The notes: generated by a model from the letters alone, not told the origin. Shown: positions 45,599 to 57,396, counted from the stretch's first letter. The stretch: DNA of 64,000 nt from Octopus vulgaris (GCA_951406725.2 OX597829.1:15562001-15626000); one strand, 5' to 3'. Numbers and translations are program-made.

Positions 45599-45812
45599 TA
45601 GCACGCCGGGCGAAATGCTTTGTGGTATTTCATCCACCGCTACGTTCTGAGTTCAAATTCTGCCGAGGTCGACTTTGTCTTTCATCCTTTCGGGGTCGAT
45701 AAATTAAGTACCAGTTACCCACTGGGGTCGATGTAATCGACTAAATCTCTTTGTCTGTCCTTGTTTGTCCCCTCTATGTTTAGCCCCTTGTGGGCAATAA
45801 AGAAATAAGAAA
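45599..45812 (+). mobile_element. SINE family B, 5'-truncated
   Basis: Shared core; tail TTTGTCCCCTCTATGTTTAGCCCCTTGTGGGCAATAAAGAAA. Confidence 0.85.
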
Positions 45813-46602
45813 TAGTAAAAATATCTCCATCACACAACAACATACCGTTTAAAAAGGAACATATTGGTTAAGTTTATTCCTGAATGCACCTATCTAAACA
45901 ACACAGATGGAATGATTGTGGTTGGAGTGCCTTTGGTTATAGGTCTGGCCTGGGAGCTAAACAAAAGAACTAAAAAAAACAAGTAAAATTATTAGCATAT
46001 GAGTGAAATTCCACGCATAAGATTTCATGTTCACATCCCTGTTGTAGATTGTCCTTAAAATTGTGACTAACCTGAAATGTTTTATTTCCATCTCAAATTT
46101 TCATCAAAAACTTTCAGATCCAGGTTCATTATAAGATATATATATATATATATATATATAATCACGGTGATACAGAACTAAATTCATTTTTTAAATGTCT
46201 TGCTTTGAAAAACTGCATTTAGGTATGATTAGTATAATTTTGGTAGTAATGACTTTGTCCCTCTTAGTGTGAGGCATTTATGTGTAATAATGCCCTCTAT
46301 ACAATATAGATATAATTAATTTGTTCAAAAGAAAAAAATTATTTTCGAATTCTTTTCTTTTATGAGGTTTTCACGCTAACTACCCGATAATTTCTTGTTA
46401 AGATCCCTTATTAAGAGGTTATCCTTAATTGTTAAACTTATTCCGAAATACTTTTTATTACCCGACATGCAGTTCGTAAAAAGCCCGCCATTTACCGGAT
46501 ATATGATTTATAAACATTCCATGTGCTTGGCCGGAGTGAGCAGTTGTCTGTTCGTCTTCGCTACGTAAGGTTGGTAGTTTATTTATGATGTGTTCAGAAT
46601 CA

Positions 46603-46658
46603 GTTCTGCTGATGATCATAAGACGTAAGTTGAATGTGAAATCACGGTGATACAGAAC
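46603..46658 (+). ncRNA. Type I hammerhead ribozyme, array copy 1
   Basis: GTTCTG-CTGATGA-(TCATAAGAC GTAA GTTGAATGT)-GAAA-TCAC g GTGA-TA-CAGAAC; predicted cleavage after 46652. Confidence 0.85.
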
Positions 46659-47083
46659 TAAATTCATTTTTTTAAATGTCTTGCTTTGAAAAACTGCATT
46701 TAGGTATGATTAGTATAATTTTGGTAGTAATGACTTTTTCCCTCTTAGTGTGAGGCATTTATGTGTAATAATGCCCTCTATACAATATAGATATAATTAA
46801 TTTGTTCAAAAGAAAAAAATTATTTTCGAATTCTTTTCTTTTATGAGGTTCTCACGCTAACTACCCGATAATTTCTTGTTAAGATCCCTTATTAAGAGGT
46901 TATCCTTAATTGTTAAACTTATTCCGAAATACTTTTTATTACCCGACATGCAGTTCGTAAAATGCCCGCCATTTACCGGATATATGATTTATAAACATTC
47001 CATGTGCTTGGCCGGAGTGAGCAGTTGTCTGTTCGTCTTCGCTACGTAAGGTTGGTAGTTTATTTATGATGTGTTCAGAATCA

Positions 47084-47139
47084 GTTCTGCTGATGATCAT
47101 AAGACGTAAGTTGAATGTGAAATCACGGTGATACAGAAC
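47084..47139 (+). ncRNA. Type I hammerhead ribozyme, array copy 2
   Basis: Same sequence as 46603-46658. Confidence 0.85.
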
Positions 47140-47564
47140 TAAATTCATTTTTTTAAATGTCTTGCTTTGAAAAACTGCATTTAGGTATGATTAGTATAAT
47201 TTTGGTAGTAATGACTTTGTCCCTCTTAGTGTGAGGCATTTATGTGTAATAATGCCCTCTATACAATATAGATATAATTAATTTGTTCAAAAGAAAAAAA
47301 TTATTTTCGAATTCTTTTCTTTTATGAGGTTTTCACGCTAACTACCCGATAATTTCTTGTTAAGATCCCTTATTAAGAGGTTATCCTTAATTGTTAAACT
47401 TATTCCGAAATACTTTTTATTACCCGACATGCAGTTCGTAAAATGCCCGCCATTTACCGGATATATGATTTATAAACATTCCATGTGCTTGGCCGGAGTG
47501 AGCAGTTGTCTGTTCGTCTTCGCTACGTAAGGTTGGTAGTTTATTTATGATGTGTTCAGAATCA

Positions 47565-47620
47565 GTTCTGCTGATGATCATAAGACGTAAGTTGAATGTG
47601 AAATCACGGTGATACAGAAC
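47565..47620 (+). ncRNA. Type I hammerhead ribozyme, array copy 3
   Basis: Same sequence as 46603-46658. Confidence 0.85.
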
Positions 47621-47907
47621 TAAATTCATTTTTTAAATGTCTTGCTTTGAAAAACTGCATTTAGGTATGATTAGTATAATTTTGGTAGTAATGACTTTGT
47701 CCCTCTTAGTGTGAGGCATTTATGTGTAATAATGCCCTCTATACAATATAGATATAATTAATTTGTTCAAAAGAAAAAAATTATTTTCGAATTCTTTTCT
47801 TTTATGAGGTTTTCACGCTAACTACCCGATAATTTCTTGTTAAGATCCCTTATTAAGAGGTTATCCTTAATTGTTAAACTTATATATATATATATATATA
47901 TATATAT

Positions 47908-48109
47908 GTTAGTTCGTTAGTTACTGCACGCATTTTTTTCTCTCCTTCTTTCTGTGTTTTTTTCTCTCTGTGTATCTTTCTGTTGAAGAGCGTAGGCTCG
48001 AAACGTTAAAGACTTGTTTTATTTATATTTCCTGTGCGCCATACTAATACAATTGTTTGTTTGTTTTCCACCTGCCTTCGTCTTTTGTCTATTTTCATAA
48101 AGCTTCCCG

Positions 48110-48111
<2 letters not shown>
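47908..48111 (+). mobile_element. Solo pLTR-like element with minimal hammerhead-like motif, in (TA)n
   Basis: TCTTT-CTGTTGAA-GAGC-GTAG-GCTC-GAAA-CG-TT-AAAGA at 47975-48012. Confidence 0.6.
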
Positions 48112-48170
<59 letters not shown>

Positions 48171-48985
48171 CGTGATCACCGTGACCGACCAGGCTATCAG
48201 ATGTTGCTACACATCGTTAGCCACAATACGCTTCGCATTGTTTTAGCGAGCAGGCATATATATATATATATATATATTGATAGAGAGAAAGAGTGAAAGA
48301 AAGCGAGGAAGGAAGAAAGGCGGAGAGAGACAGACTGACAGATAGACAGACAGACGGACACACAAACACAGACACAGACAGACAGACAGATAGGTGAAGA
48401 AAAAGCAAGCATGCATAAAACTTCATGTTCACGCCAGTTACTGTATATCGAAAGTGAGAATAATTTAAATATATCACTTACACCTGAAATCTTTGTAGAA
48501 AACATTTCTATCGAAGTTCATTAAAGGAAAGCAAATATCAATCCTAATTGACAACATAATTTCCTCGCTTTATTCCCATTTATTCCCAGCTGATATAAAA
48601 CCACACATTTACACATAACCATGTTCACGCTTGGCCCCAAATCCCTCAGACACATATCTATGTCAACTGTGCGTCAATCTAGACACTCTTCACATATACT
48701 TCATTTCTCCCACGCATGTCAGGTGTATTATTATACTTTCTCTCTTCTCCACCGCAGAACACCCTTATTTCATTCTCACCTATTTCAGGATCGTAACATT
48801 ATTTACAACTCTTCCCGCGACAACTGAGCTACAATCTATCTATACATTAACTGTTGTCGGCACATATTATCTATTTCACTGACGACGAATCTTACCTTAT
48901 TATAGATAAAACTGATGAGATGATTTTATTAATGCATCGATAGCCGTTCAGCTCTCATACAGTGGCTATAAACTGAGAAAAATAT

Positions 48986-49180
48986 TTCGTTTTGGGATTT
49001 GGTTTGCAAGATTCTTTATATGAGATCGTGTGTTGAAGCATATTCTGTTGTGCCTGGGGAGAGACATTTTCTTTTTGCGCCTTATTATGTAACACACTCA
49101 CCGGTAAAATTTCCACTTTTTTCTTATTTTTATTCTAAAATTTTCGTTGCGTCTTGCAACATTTTCAATAGTTTTGACTC
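48986..49180 (-). mobile_element. ~195-bp short retroposon with 14-bp TSD
   Basis: TSD ACTGAGAAAAATAT (48972-48985 and 49181-49194); homologous end-to-end to 60326-60523. Confidence 0.85.
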
Positions 49181-50397
49181 ACTGAGAAAAATATGTTGTT
49201 CTTTTAAGAAAGTGCTAATTTTAATATAAATACTTTAAATTAGCATTATAGTGATCAGTGTATAAAGGCCTATTATAATTTCTAAGACTAAAATGCTTTT
49301 GTTGAGCAAGATGATTTAGTGGCAGGTTACGCCTGACTTTTTCAGCATTAGTCTTTATATGTGCCCGGGCATCTTTAGCAGCGGCACTAACTAGTTATAC
49401 ACATTTCAACAATCTCCGGTTGTTATTGTATTTCGTAACTTTTCTTCTAAAGCCCAAGTGACAGTAAAAGGAAATCAGGAACATATTATTTAAACGTCAG
49501 ATCAGATACAAATGTAAACATTTGCTGACAGCTTCTGATTTTCTGATTTTCAGTGAAAAGTCGTATTACCTAACTGCACTCATCTATTGAGAATTTAAGC
49601 CAAGTGGTTAACAACAAACGGCATGATAGTCTTCTGGCTTATTCACAAATAATCTTCCTTTGCTTGGTGGTCAATGTGCAAAAAAAAGAAATACAATTAA
49701 ACTTTATACCCAGAATACTGGCAGTACAAAAAGAGGGGATTTGTTTCATTGTACAACTTCCTTTGCATCTTAAACAAATCGCTTCTTCAGATATATCAAT
49801 GGTGGACTCAAATGTTGTCTCAACAATTTTGAGTAATTCCGAAACTATTAGTTACATAGATTCATGGGATTGTATAGTTGTATTATATATATATTACATG
49901 TACCTAAATATGAAACACGTCTAAATATTAAATACATCTAAATATTAAATGCGTATGAATATTAAATACATCTAAATTTACGCAAAAGCGAGAGAAGAAT
50001 ATATAAAGTGTCCGAGAACTATTCAATATGAATTAAAGGCGTTTGATCTATGTAACGTAATGCAATAAAGTATTCCCCTGGCGATCCATTGTAGTTACGC
50101 ATCCAATTGCACTTAGAACAGCCTATGCACAGATTTCAAATAACTAAACTAGTGAAAAGTACGAAGGAAACAAATGATATACACACGGGATTATCTTAAT
50201 TTCTCCTAGATTTGCTAAGTATATCATAAGCAGTTATACTATCAAGAATAGTAGTAGCTTAACCACGATACTTGAAGTAGACTGGACTATCATAATCTAA
50301 GGGGAGTTCTGAACTAAACGGCAACAGTAGAACATTTAACTGTACACACACGATATGCTACCCGTGCATGTCTGTGTATGAGTGTATAGATAGATAG

Positions 50398-50449
<52 letters not shown>

Positions 50450-50695
50450 TAATGCATCGATATACGAGTTAATTTGTTCCCGGAGACCACTCGTAAAGCG
50501 AAAACGCGTAAAACAGAGCAATAATTTTCCAAAGTAGCAATGTAATAAATCGTAATTCGTTCCAAGAAAAATATTTTGCCTATAGAATTTATAATTCTCG
50601 TACATAAATGACAATAAACAACAGTAAAATATAAATATTTTAAGTAAAATAAAAGAATGTCAGGATCATTTATAATAAAAAATATTATTATTATT

Positions 50696-51200
50696 GTCAT
50701 TTACCTTTAATCTGCATGTTTGATGCAATCACTTGCTGGGGCACACCCAGCGCCCTAGGGCAAGTGAAGGTTAAGAGTTGTTGAAATATAGCTAAAAGCT
50801 TGGAGATGGGGAAGTAGAGAAATATCTCCATGTAATACAACACAAACATTTACATTGATAGGGTTTTTCTAAGGATGTGGGCAGTACTTGTTAGCTCAAT
50901 CTTTTGGATTTCCTTGAGACATGGTTCTCCAGGGATATTGTCTAGGTGTTTCTGACATCCCTTTTTTATCATACCTAGGGCACCTACAATAACAGGAACA
51001 GTTTTTGTTTTAAGATCCCACATCTTTTGTATTTCGATTTCCTGGTCCTTATATTTACTAAGTTTGTCAAATTCCTTTACAGATATATTTTTATCAGTGG
51101 GGACGCTTACCTCTATTAGTCTGCAGGTATTTTCTTTCCTGTCTTTAACAATTATGTCTGGTCGATTAGCCTTGATCGTTCTGTGAGTGTTGACTGAAAA
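50696..51200 (-). mobile_element. 5'-truncated Dong/R4-type LINE (RLE endonuclease C-terminus and 3' UTR) in (TAA)n
   Basis: NRPDIIV..LIEVSVP..KLSKYKD..VPVIVGALG; TAA repeats at both junctions. Confidence 0.85.
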
Positions 51201-51287
<87 letters not shown>

Positions 51288-51289
<2 letters not shown>

Positions 51290-53179
51290 TATGTTTGACT
51301 TTTGCTTTATATTTGTACAAGTTGGCTCCAAGTCTCACCCAGAGACCTCAAGAGACAACAGGGTTGGAAGTTTATGTTGTTGTTATGCCTAGTGTGCCAT
51401 ATATTTGGGGGGTGGGGATGTTGTACTAATGAATGTCTAAAAAGAAAAAAAAAGGTTTTTTTTTTTTTTTTTTTTTTTAAACCGAAAATTATGTTTGTTT
51501 TAAACCTTGAGATTACATAGAGAGTATTTTGCGTAGGATATGAGCAGTTCCCATGAGCACTATCTTTTGAACTTCTGCCATTTTTGGGTTTCCTGGTATC
51601 TGAGTTAGGTAGCTATCAGCCCCTTTTGCTATCATTCCCAGGGCACCTATGACAACAGGTATTGTTTTAGTCTTCAGCTTCCACATTTTGCTGATTTCTA
51701 TTTCAAGATCTTTATATTTGCTCAGTTTTTGGTAGGTCTTGACAGATACGTTTATATCGATTGGGACAGTCATATCAATGAGGAGGCATGTTCTTTGTTT
51801 GAAGTTTTTCAATATGATGTCTGGCGTATTTGCATCTATCTTCCTGTCAGTTTGAATGGTGAAGTTCCAGAGGAGTGAGATGTGGTCATTTTCAAGCACT
51901 GGGGGTGGTTTGTGTTCCCACCAGTTTTTTTCATGGGGCAAATCCAGGTTTTTACAGATTACCCAGTGAATATATTGTGCAGCTCTATCGTGCCTGTTGA
52001 GATACTCTGTAGGCGCTAGAAGACTGCACTTGGAGACCACATGGTCAATGGTTTCATTTTGTTGCTTGCATACACGACACGTTGGACTGCTTCTGATCTT
52101 TAATATGTTGGCCTGGTAGTTTCTTGTTGGTAGGCATTGATCTTGAGCTGCTATGATAAACCCCTCTGTTTCAGATTTTAAGCCAGAGGCCATTAGCCAT
52201 TGATGGGTCAGGGCTTTGTCGATATCTGCATTATTCGCTCTCTTTGGGTATTTGCCATAGAGAGGTTTTTCTTGCCATTTATTATTCAGAATATCTAAGG
52301 CCGTAGTTTTGGCACGGGTTTTCATGCGCCTAGCTTTTTCTGTGCTTGTTTCTTGTATATCTATCTCTAATTCCGAAATTGGTTGTATTCGGAATTCACT
52401 TAGATATTCCTTTGCCTGTTTTGTGACTGAGTATGATGCTTTCTTGTTTTCATGTTTTGAGACAAGTTTTAGCATCCAGTCCTCAGAGTTTTCAGGTAGG
52501 TGTCTAGGCCAATTGTAGCAATCTTCATTGTTATTGCCAGTTGCAAAAGACCACGGTCTCCTCTTTTCTTGGCAGATAGAGTCGTTCTGTATCTGCCTTA
52601 GGGTGGTGCATTCTATGCATTGTCAACAGTTTCCTTATTTTTCTGTCGAGCTGACATATTTCAGTAATTGACCAGTTAACAATATTGAAACTGTAAGTCA
52701 CGACTGGTATAGCTAATGCATTGATTGCTTCGATCCTGTTTCTTGCATTCAGCTCTGTCTTGAGTATTGCTCTCACTCTTCGATAGCATTCTCTCCTGAT
52801 CCTTTCCTTCATCTCTGAATGCCTTATTCCGTTCCCTTCAATTATCCCTAGGTACTTGTAGCTCTCCGCTGGGTCTAGTTCTTTTATGACATTCTGTTGG
52901 TCAAGGTTAACGTTAGATGTTTCTGTCATTTTTCCTTTGATAAAGGTAGCCTTTGCACATTTATCGAGGCCGAATTGCATTCTGATGTCGTCACTGAATT
53001 GTTTGACTATCGCTAGTAAGCCCTTGAGTTGTTGATCATTTTTTGCAAAAAGCTTTAAATCATCCATGTAAACGAGATGATTTATATTTTTATCAAACAT
53101 TTTATACCCGTACTGCGCGTCATTGAGCAGCTTTGAGAGAGGTATTAAGGATAAACAAAAGAGGAGTGGTGACAGTGAG

Positions 53180-53181
<2 letters not shown>
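51288..53181 (-). mobile_element. 5'-truncated Dong/R4-type LINE (RT C-terminus, CCHC, RLE endonuclease) in (TAA)n
   Basis: DSLSPLLF, YMDDLKLF, FGLDKC, YKYLG, CRVC..ETIDHVVSKC, RHD, PDII, LIDMTVP, KLSKYKDL. Frameshifts near 52560-52480. (ATT)n at 51201-51287 and 53182-53248. Confidence 0.9.
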
Positions 53182-53249
<68 letters not shown>

Positions 53250-53520
53250 CGTTTCTGAATCACTTTCACTCGCACTACCCTTGCCTACACCATAACGATC
53301 GCGATCGCCGATTCACAAGCACCCGGAGACGGATTTGTTAATGTCTAGAGTTGTTTGCTTAGAAGGTTTTTTTTCGCTCTCTATAAATTTCTCGGTTACA
53401 CATTAACGCATTTAACATTTTTATAGTCATTATGAAATAAATCTTGTTTCATAATGCGGGTCCCCGTAAACTGAGATATTACTGTATATGTATGTATATA
53501 TATATATATATACATACACA

Positions 53521-53570
<50 letters not shown>

Positions 53571-53594
53571 CATATATATGTGTATATATATATA

Positions 53595-53649
<55 letters not shown>

Positions 53650-53653
<4 letters not shown>

Positions 53654-53842
53654 GAAATTTACAGAAAACAAAGAAACAAAGGACGAAGATATGTGTAAAA
53701 ACAACAAGCAGGTGTATTAGTTTGGCGCTCGGGAAGATGAGAAAATCTTTTACGTTTCGAACCTACGCTCTACAGCAGAAAGAAACACAAGGAAATAATC
53801 AGAGTGAGAATAAAAAACTTGTGGATTTAGCGGTCAATTAGG

Positions 53843-53845
<3 letters not shown>
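53650..53845 (-). mobile_element. Solo pLTR-like element with minimal hammerhead-like motif, in (TA)n
   Basis: Minus strand TCTTT-CTGCTGTA-GAGC-GTAG-GTTC-GAAA-CG-TA-AAAGA at 53746-53783. Confidence 0.55.
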
Positions 53846-53881
<36 letters not shown>

Positions 53882-54159
53882 CATGCATATATATATATAT
53901 AAAGCTATATTGATAGATATAAGAATAAACGAATGTATCAATGTGTATATATATATATATTCCTTGTATTGTATGTCTTGTACTCTGTTTTTCCCTTGTT
54001 TGAAAAAAAGTTCGTTTCCATGTTTTTGTTTTTGTTTTCGTTTCTCATTGTGCTCAACGTTTTTTTTTTGTCCTGTACCCATATATGCATGTATATATAC
54101 ATATGTACATATATGTATGTATATATGCATATATTTATATATTATTTCTATTATTATTA

Positions 54160-54238
<79 letters not shown>

Positions 54239-54269
54239 GTATGTATATGAATATGTATGTATATGTTTT

Positions 54270-54426
54270 TGAAGGACTTGTTTTGGTTTCTGTCTATTAA
54301 ATGCACTCACAAAGCTTTCGTCGGCCTAAGGCTATAGTAAGACGACTCTCGCTCAAGTTGCAGTGGGATTAAATCGGAAACCATGAGGCTGGGAAGCAAG
54401 CGTCTTACCCACAGCCACGCCTGCGA
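54270..54426 (-). mobile_element. Family A SINE head, degenerate
   Basis: CACTCACAAAGCTTT..GGCTATAGTA..CAGCCACGCCTGCG. Confidence 0.65.
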
Positions 54427-54680
54427 ATATACTTTTTATAGAGAATTTGTAGAGATTACCTTAACAACCGATTTAATAGCACTGCTAACACAGTAGAACA
54501 CAGAATTTTCTTATAAAGCGCATAATATACTTTTTAATATATGATGGTTGCATAACGAAATACAGTGTCCCTATAAGTCATTAACAGCTTTTGCTTTCAT
54601 TCCTGGTTGTGGTGGTAATATTCTAATCGTCTTAAACTACATACGAGTAACTTAGAAAATTACTATTTTTAAATCTCATA

Positions 54681-55028
54681 ATGAGAGATATTCAGCAACA
54701 GTACTTTGGAGTAAAGTTTGTTTGCCAACATAACATGGCAGTCCTAGTTTGGGACAAATGTTGCTGTAATTTATCCCCCGGAGACATCGTCTCCAACTCA
54801 CTATACGACACGATATGTGTCCTTATATTTTCGAACAGGGAAATCTTGTTTTCAGGCCGAGGGGATGTGCTAGATTCCCTTGTTCGAAAATATAAGGGCA
54901 CATATCGTGTCGTATAGCTGGCTGGAGACGATGTTTCCTGGGCCTAAATTACTGTAACATTCGTCCTAAACCAGGATTGCCATGTTATGTTGGCAAACAA
55001 TCTGTACTCCGAGCAAAGTAACTCTCAT
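54681..55028. mobile_element. Foldback/MITE-like palindromic element
   Basis: Imperfect inverted arms of ~140 bp (e.g. TTTGCCAACATAACATGGCA / TGCCATGTTATGTTGGCAAA; CTATACGACACGATATGTG / CACATATCGTGTCGTATAG) around a ~25-bp loop. Confidence 0.8.
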
Positions 55029-55036
55029 AACTTTAC

Positions 55037-55457
55037 CATGAAATTGTGTTTCTGTTTAAGTAATGTTTTAAAATAATACTTGTAAGTAATGTTTTTAAAA
55101 ACAATGAATGTGCATTCGCACGTTACGTTCGTTTTGCTTCGTTGAATTTCGTTCTGGATTAGAAAAAGAAACGCTGATTTAGAAATGTTTGATTAATCTG
55201 TTTTATTGATGTATGTTCTAATACTTGAGGATGTGTGTCCAGGTGTGCGTATGCATAAATATGTATGTATGGATACATGCTTACATAATTCTTTGTATAT
55301 ATCTGTGTGTATGCTCATATATGTAAATATATGCGTATGCATGGACGTATGCAAAATGAGCACGTGCATACGCTTTCATTGTTTTTACAAGCATTAATTA
55401 AAAATATTACTTAAAATAATTACTTTAAAACATTACTTTAACAACACAACTTCATGT
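55037..55457. mobile_element. Possible old MITE with ~55-bp imperfect terminal inverted repeats
   Basis: CATGAAATTGTGTT..AAGTAATGTTTTAAA versus TTTAAAACATTACTTT..AACACAACTTCATG. Confidence 0.4.
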
Positions 55458-55489
55458 CTTCGTTTGTATGGGGTTTAAGGCGTTTATAA

Positions 55490-55678
55490 TATTGATTTCA
55501 AATTTTGGAACAAATTCAGTAATTTCGGTTGGTGAGGGGATTATACGTCGATTACATCGACCCCAGTGCTCAACTGGTACTTATTTTGTTTTTATCATAA
55601 ACTCATAACGTAAAGACGGATAAAATACCGCTAAGCATTTTGCCCAGCGTACAAACGATTCTGCCATTTTGCCGCTCT
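55490..55678 (-). mobile_element. Family B-related SINE with an alternative 3' tail
   Basis: GTCGATTACATCGACCCCAGTGCTCAACTGGTACTTATT core; flanked by TAAGGCGTTT direct repeats. Confidence 0.65.
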
Positions 55679-55944
55679 AAGGCGTTTTATATTATTACCA
55701 CGAGAACCAAAAACGTAAGCTTCAAGCATCTGTTTTTGGAAATGTTGCTCGCAAAGTTTTAGAAAAATAACAAAGATAAACGTTTTCTTCAACTTCCATT
55801 TCGTATTTCAAAAAATTTTGAAAGGATGAATATATCAATAAAAAACCTGGCCTAACTTGCGAGATTATAATCAGAAACGAACAACTTTGCGTACTGGAAA
55901 TAGGAACCTTTCAGTTATAATGTATTAAAGAAGATTTTACACTT

Positions 55945-56002
<58 letters not shown>

Positions 56003-57182
56003 TCCTTAATCAAACCAATATTCACTGTCATTTTTCAAGAAAGTATTCAGTAAACATAAAGAAAGAGATTTTATTTCTATTTGAATGTAAATACTACAAC
56101 TGAGTCAGCTTTTTCCAGTTTCTCATAATCATTTTGTCAGGAGCAACATATAAAATGTGAATAGTTATTCTTATTTATACAAAAATTAACAATGACATAC
56201 GCTTCCATATAAAAAACGATGTAAACCTTCAATAGCAACGATAAAGATCATTTAGAAAAGTATTAGCGTTCTAATGTAATACTTTAGATCGTAACAATTT
56301 TAATATTACGGGATAATGAGCCATACTGGTCAGTCACCTGAGTGAACTGAACGTTCTACAAATTAAGTATATTAATTAGATATTGGAAAATGCAGAAATT
56401 TATTCTAAAGGAGATTTTTAATAATGAAATTAGCAGTGCATTTACACATGAAAAATACTTGAAAAAAAAAAGACGTCATCACTTGTATTAATATTTTTAA
56501 AAAAGTTATTTCAGGGAAATATAAATAAATTTGATTGAGAGAAGAATATTTAAGAAGTGAAGTATATTTAACTGCTGGCCCCTGCAATCATTACTCATAT
56601 TTATTTAAAGTCATAGGAATATAAATGGTAAGTTAATGCCAATACAGACACTAATCCCATTGACAAAAATAATTTACGATAAACATAATCATTCGTAAAT
56701 TAACTCATTGCTTATAAAATCTCCTTAAATCATAATTAGAAAAAAATACATATCTAGAAATTACTGATTAATTTCGACAAGGCTATTAGTAGAATAAAAT
56801 TCAATCTAAGTCGAAATATTAAGGCGAAATCAAGTTAGAAAACACTGACAAAAATTTACGATGACAATAATCATTAAAATTTACCATAAAAATATAAAAA
56901 TGATCATGGCTAAGGTATATTATTACATTAAGAAGGCATATTTATCGTAATTAGATCATGTATATTAATTAATTGCAGAAATATATCAAAATAAATACCT
57001 ACTTTAATAAACCTGGTTATTCGCTCATAAATAGCGATATTTTGGAATAGTTACATAAGCACAGCTGGTATATATTATCGGCGTTATCTCCATCAATTCT
57101 CTTACTTAAAAATTCCCTCTACACACACATACACATATGTTGGGAGATGTGTATATATGCGTGTTTCTGCTTTTTATATAGA

Positions 57183-57218
<36 letters not shown>

Positions 57219-57252
57219 TGTATGTATGTATGTATGTATGTATGTATGTATG

Positions 57253-57301
<49 letters not shown>

Positions 57302-57328
57302 GTATATGTATGTACATATATATATGTA

Positions 57329-57396
<68 letters not shown>

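Larger units (their letters stand above)
46161..47882 (+). repeat. Tandem array of a 480/481-bp unit (~3.6 copies) flanked by (TA)n; retrozyme-like
   Basis: Units start at 46161, 46641, 47122 and 47603 and differ at only a handful of positions. Confidence 0.97.

Noticed and set aside
46458-47629. Three identical 69-aa minus-strand ORFs
   Set aside because: By-product of the 481-bp repeat, antisense to the ribozyme, with no recognisable motif.
46161-47882. CRISPR-like or rDNA/snRNA array interpretation
   Set aside because: Whole units repeat with no variable spacers, and no rRNA, tRNA or snRNA sequence is recognisable.
48878-48950. CTGATGA-GATG..CATC-GATA hammerhead-like motif
   Set aside because: GAAA box mutated and stems I and III not convincing; at most a decayed relic.
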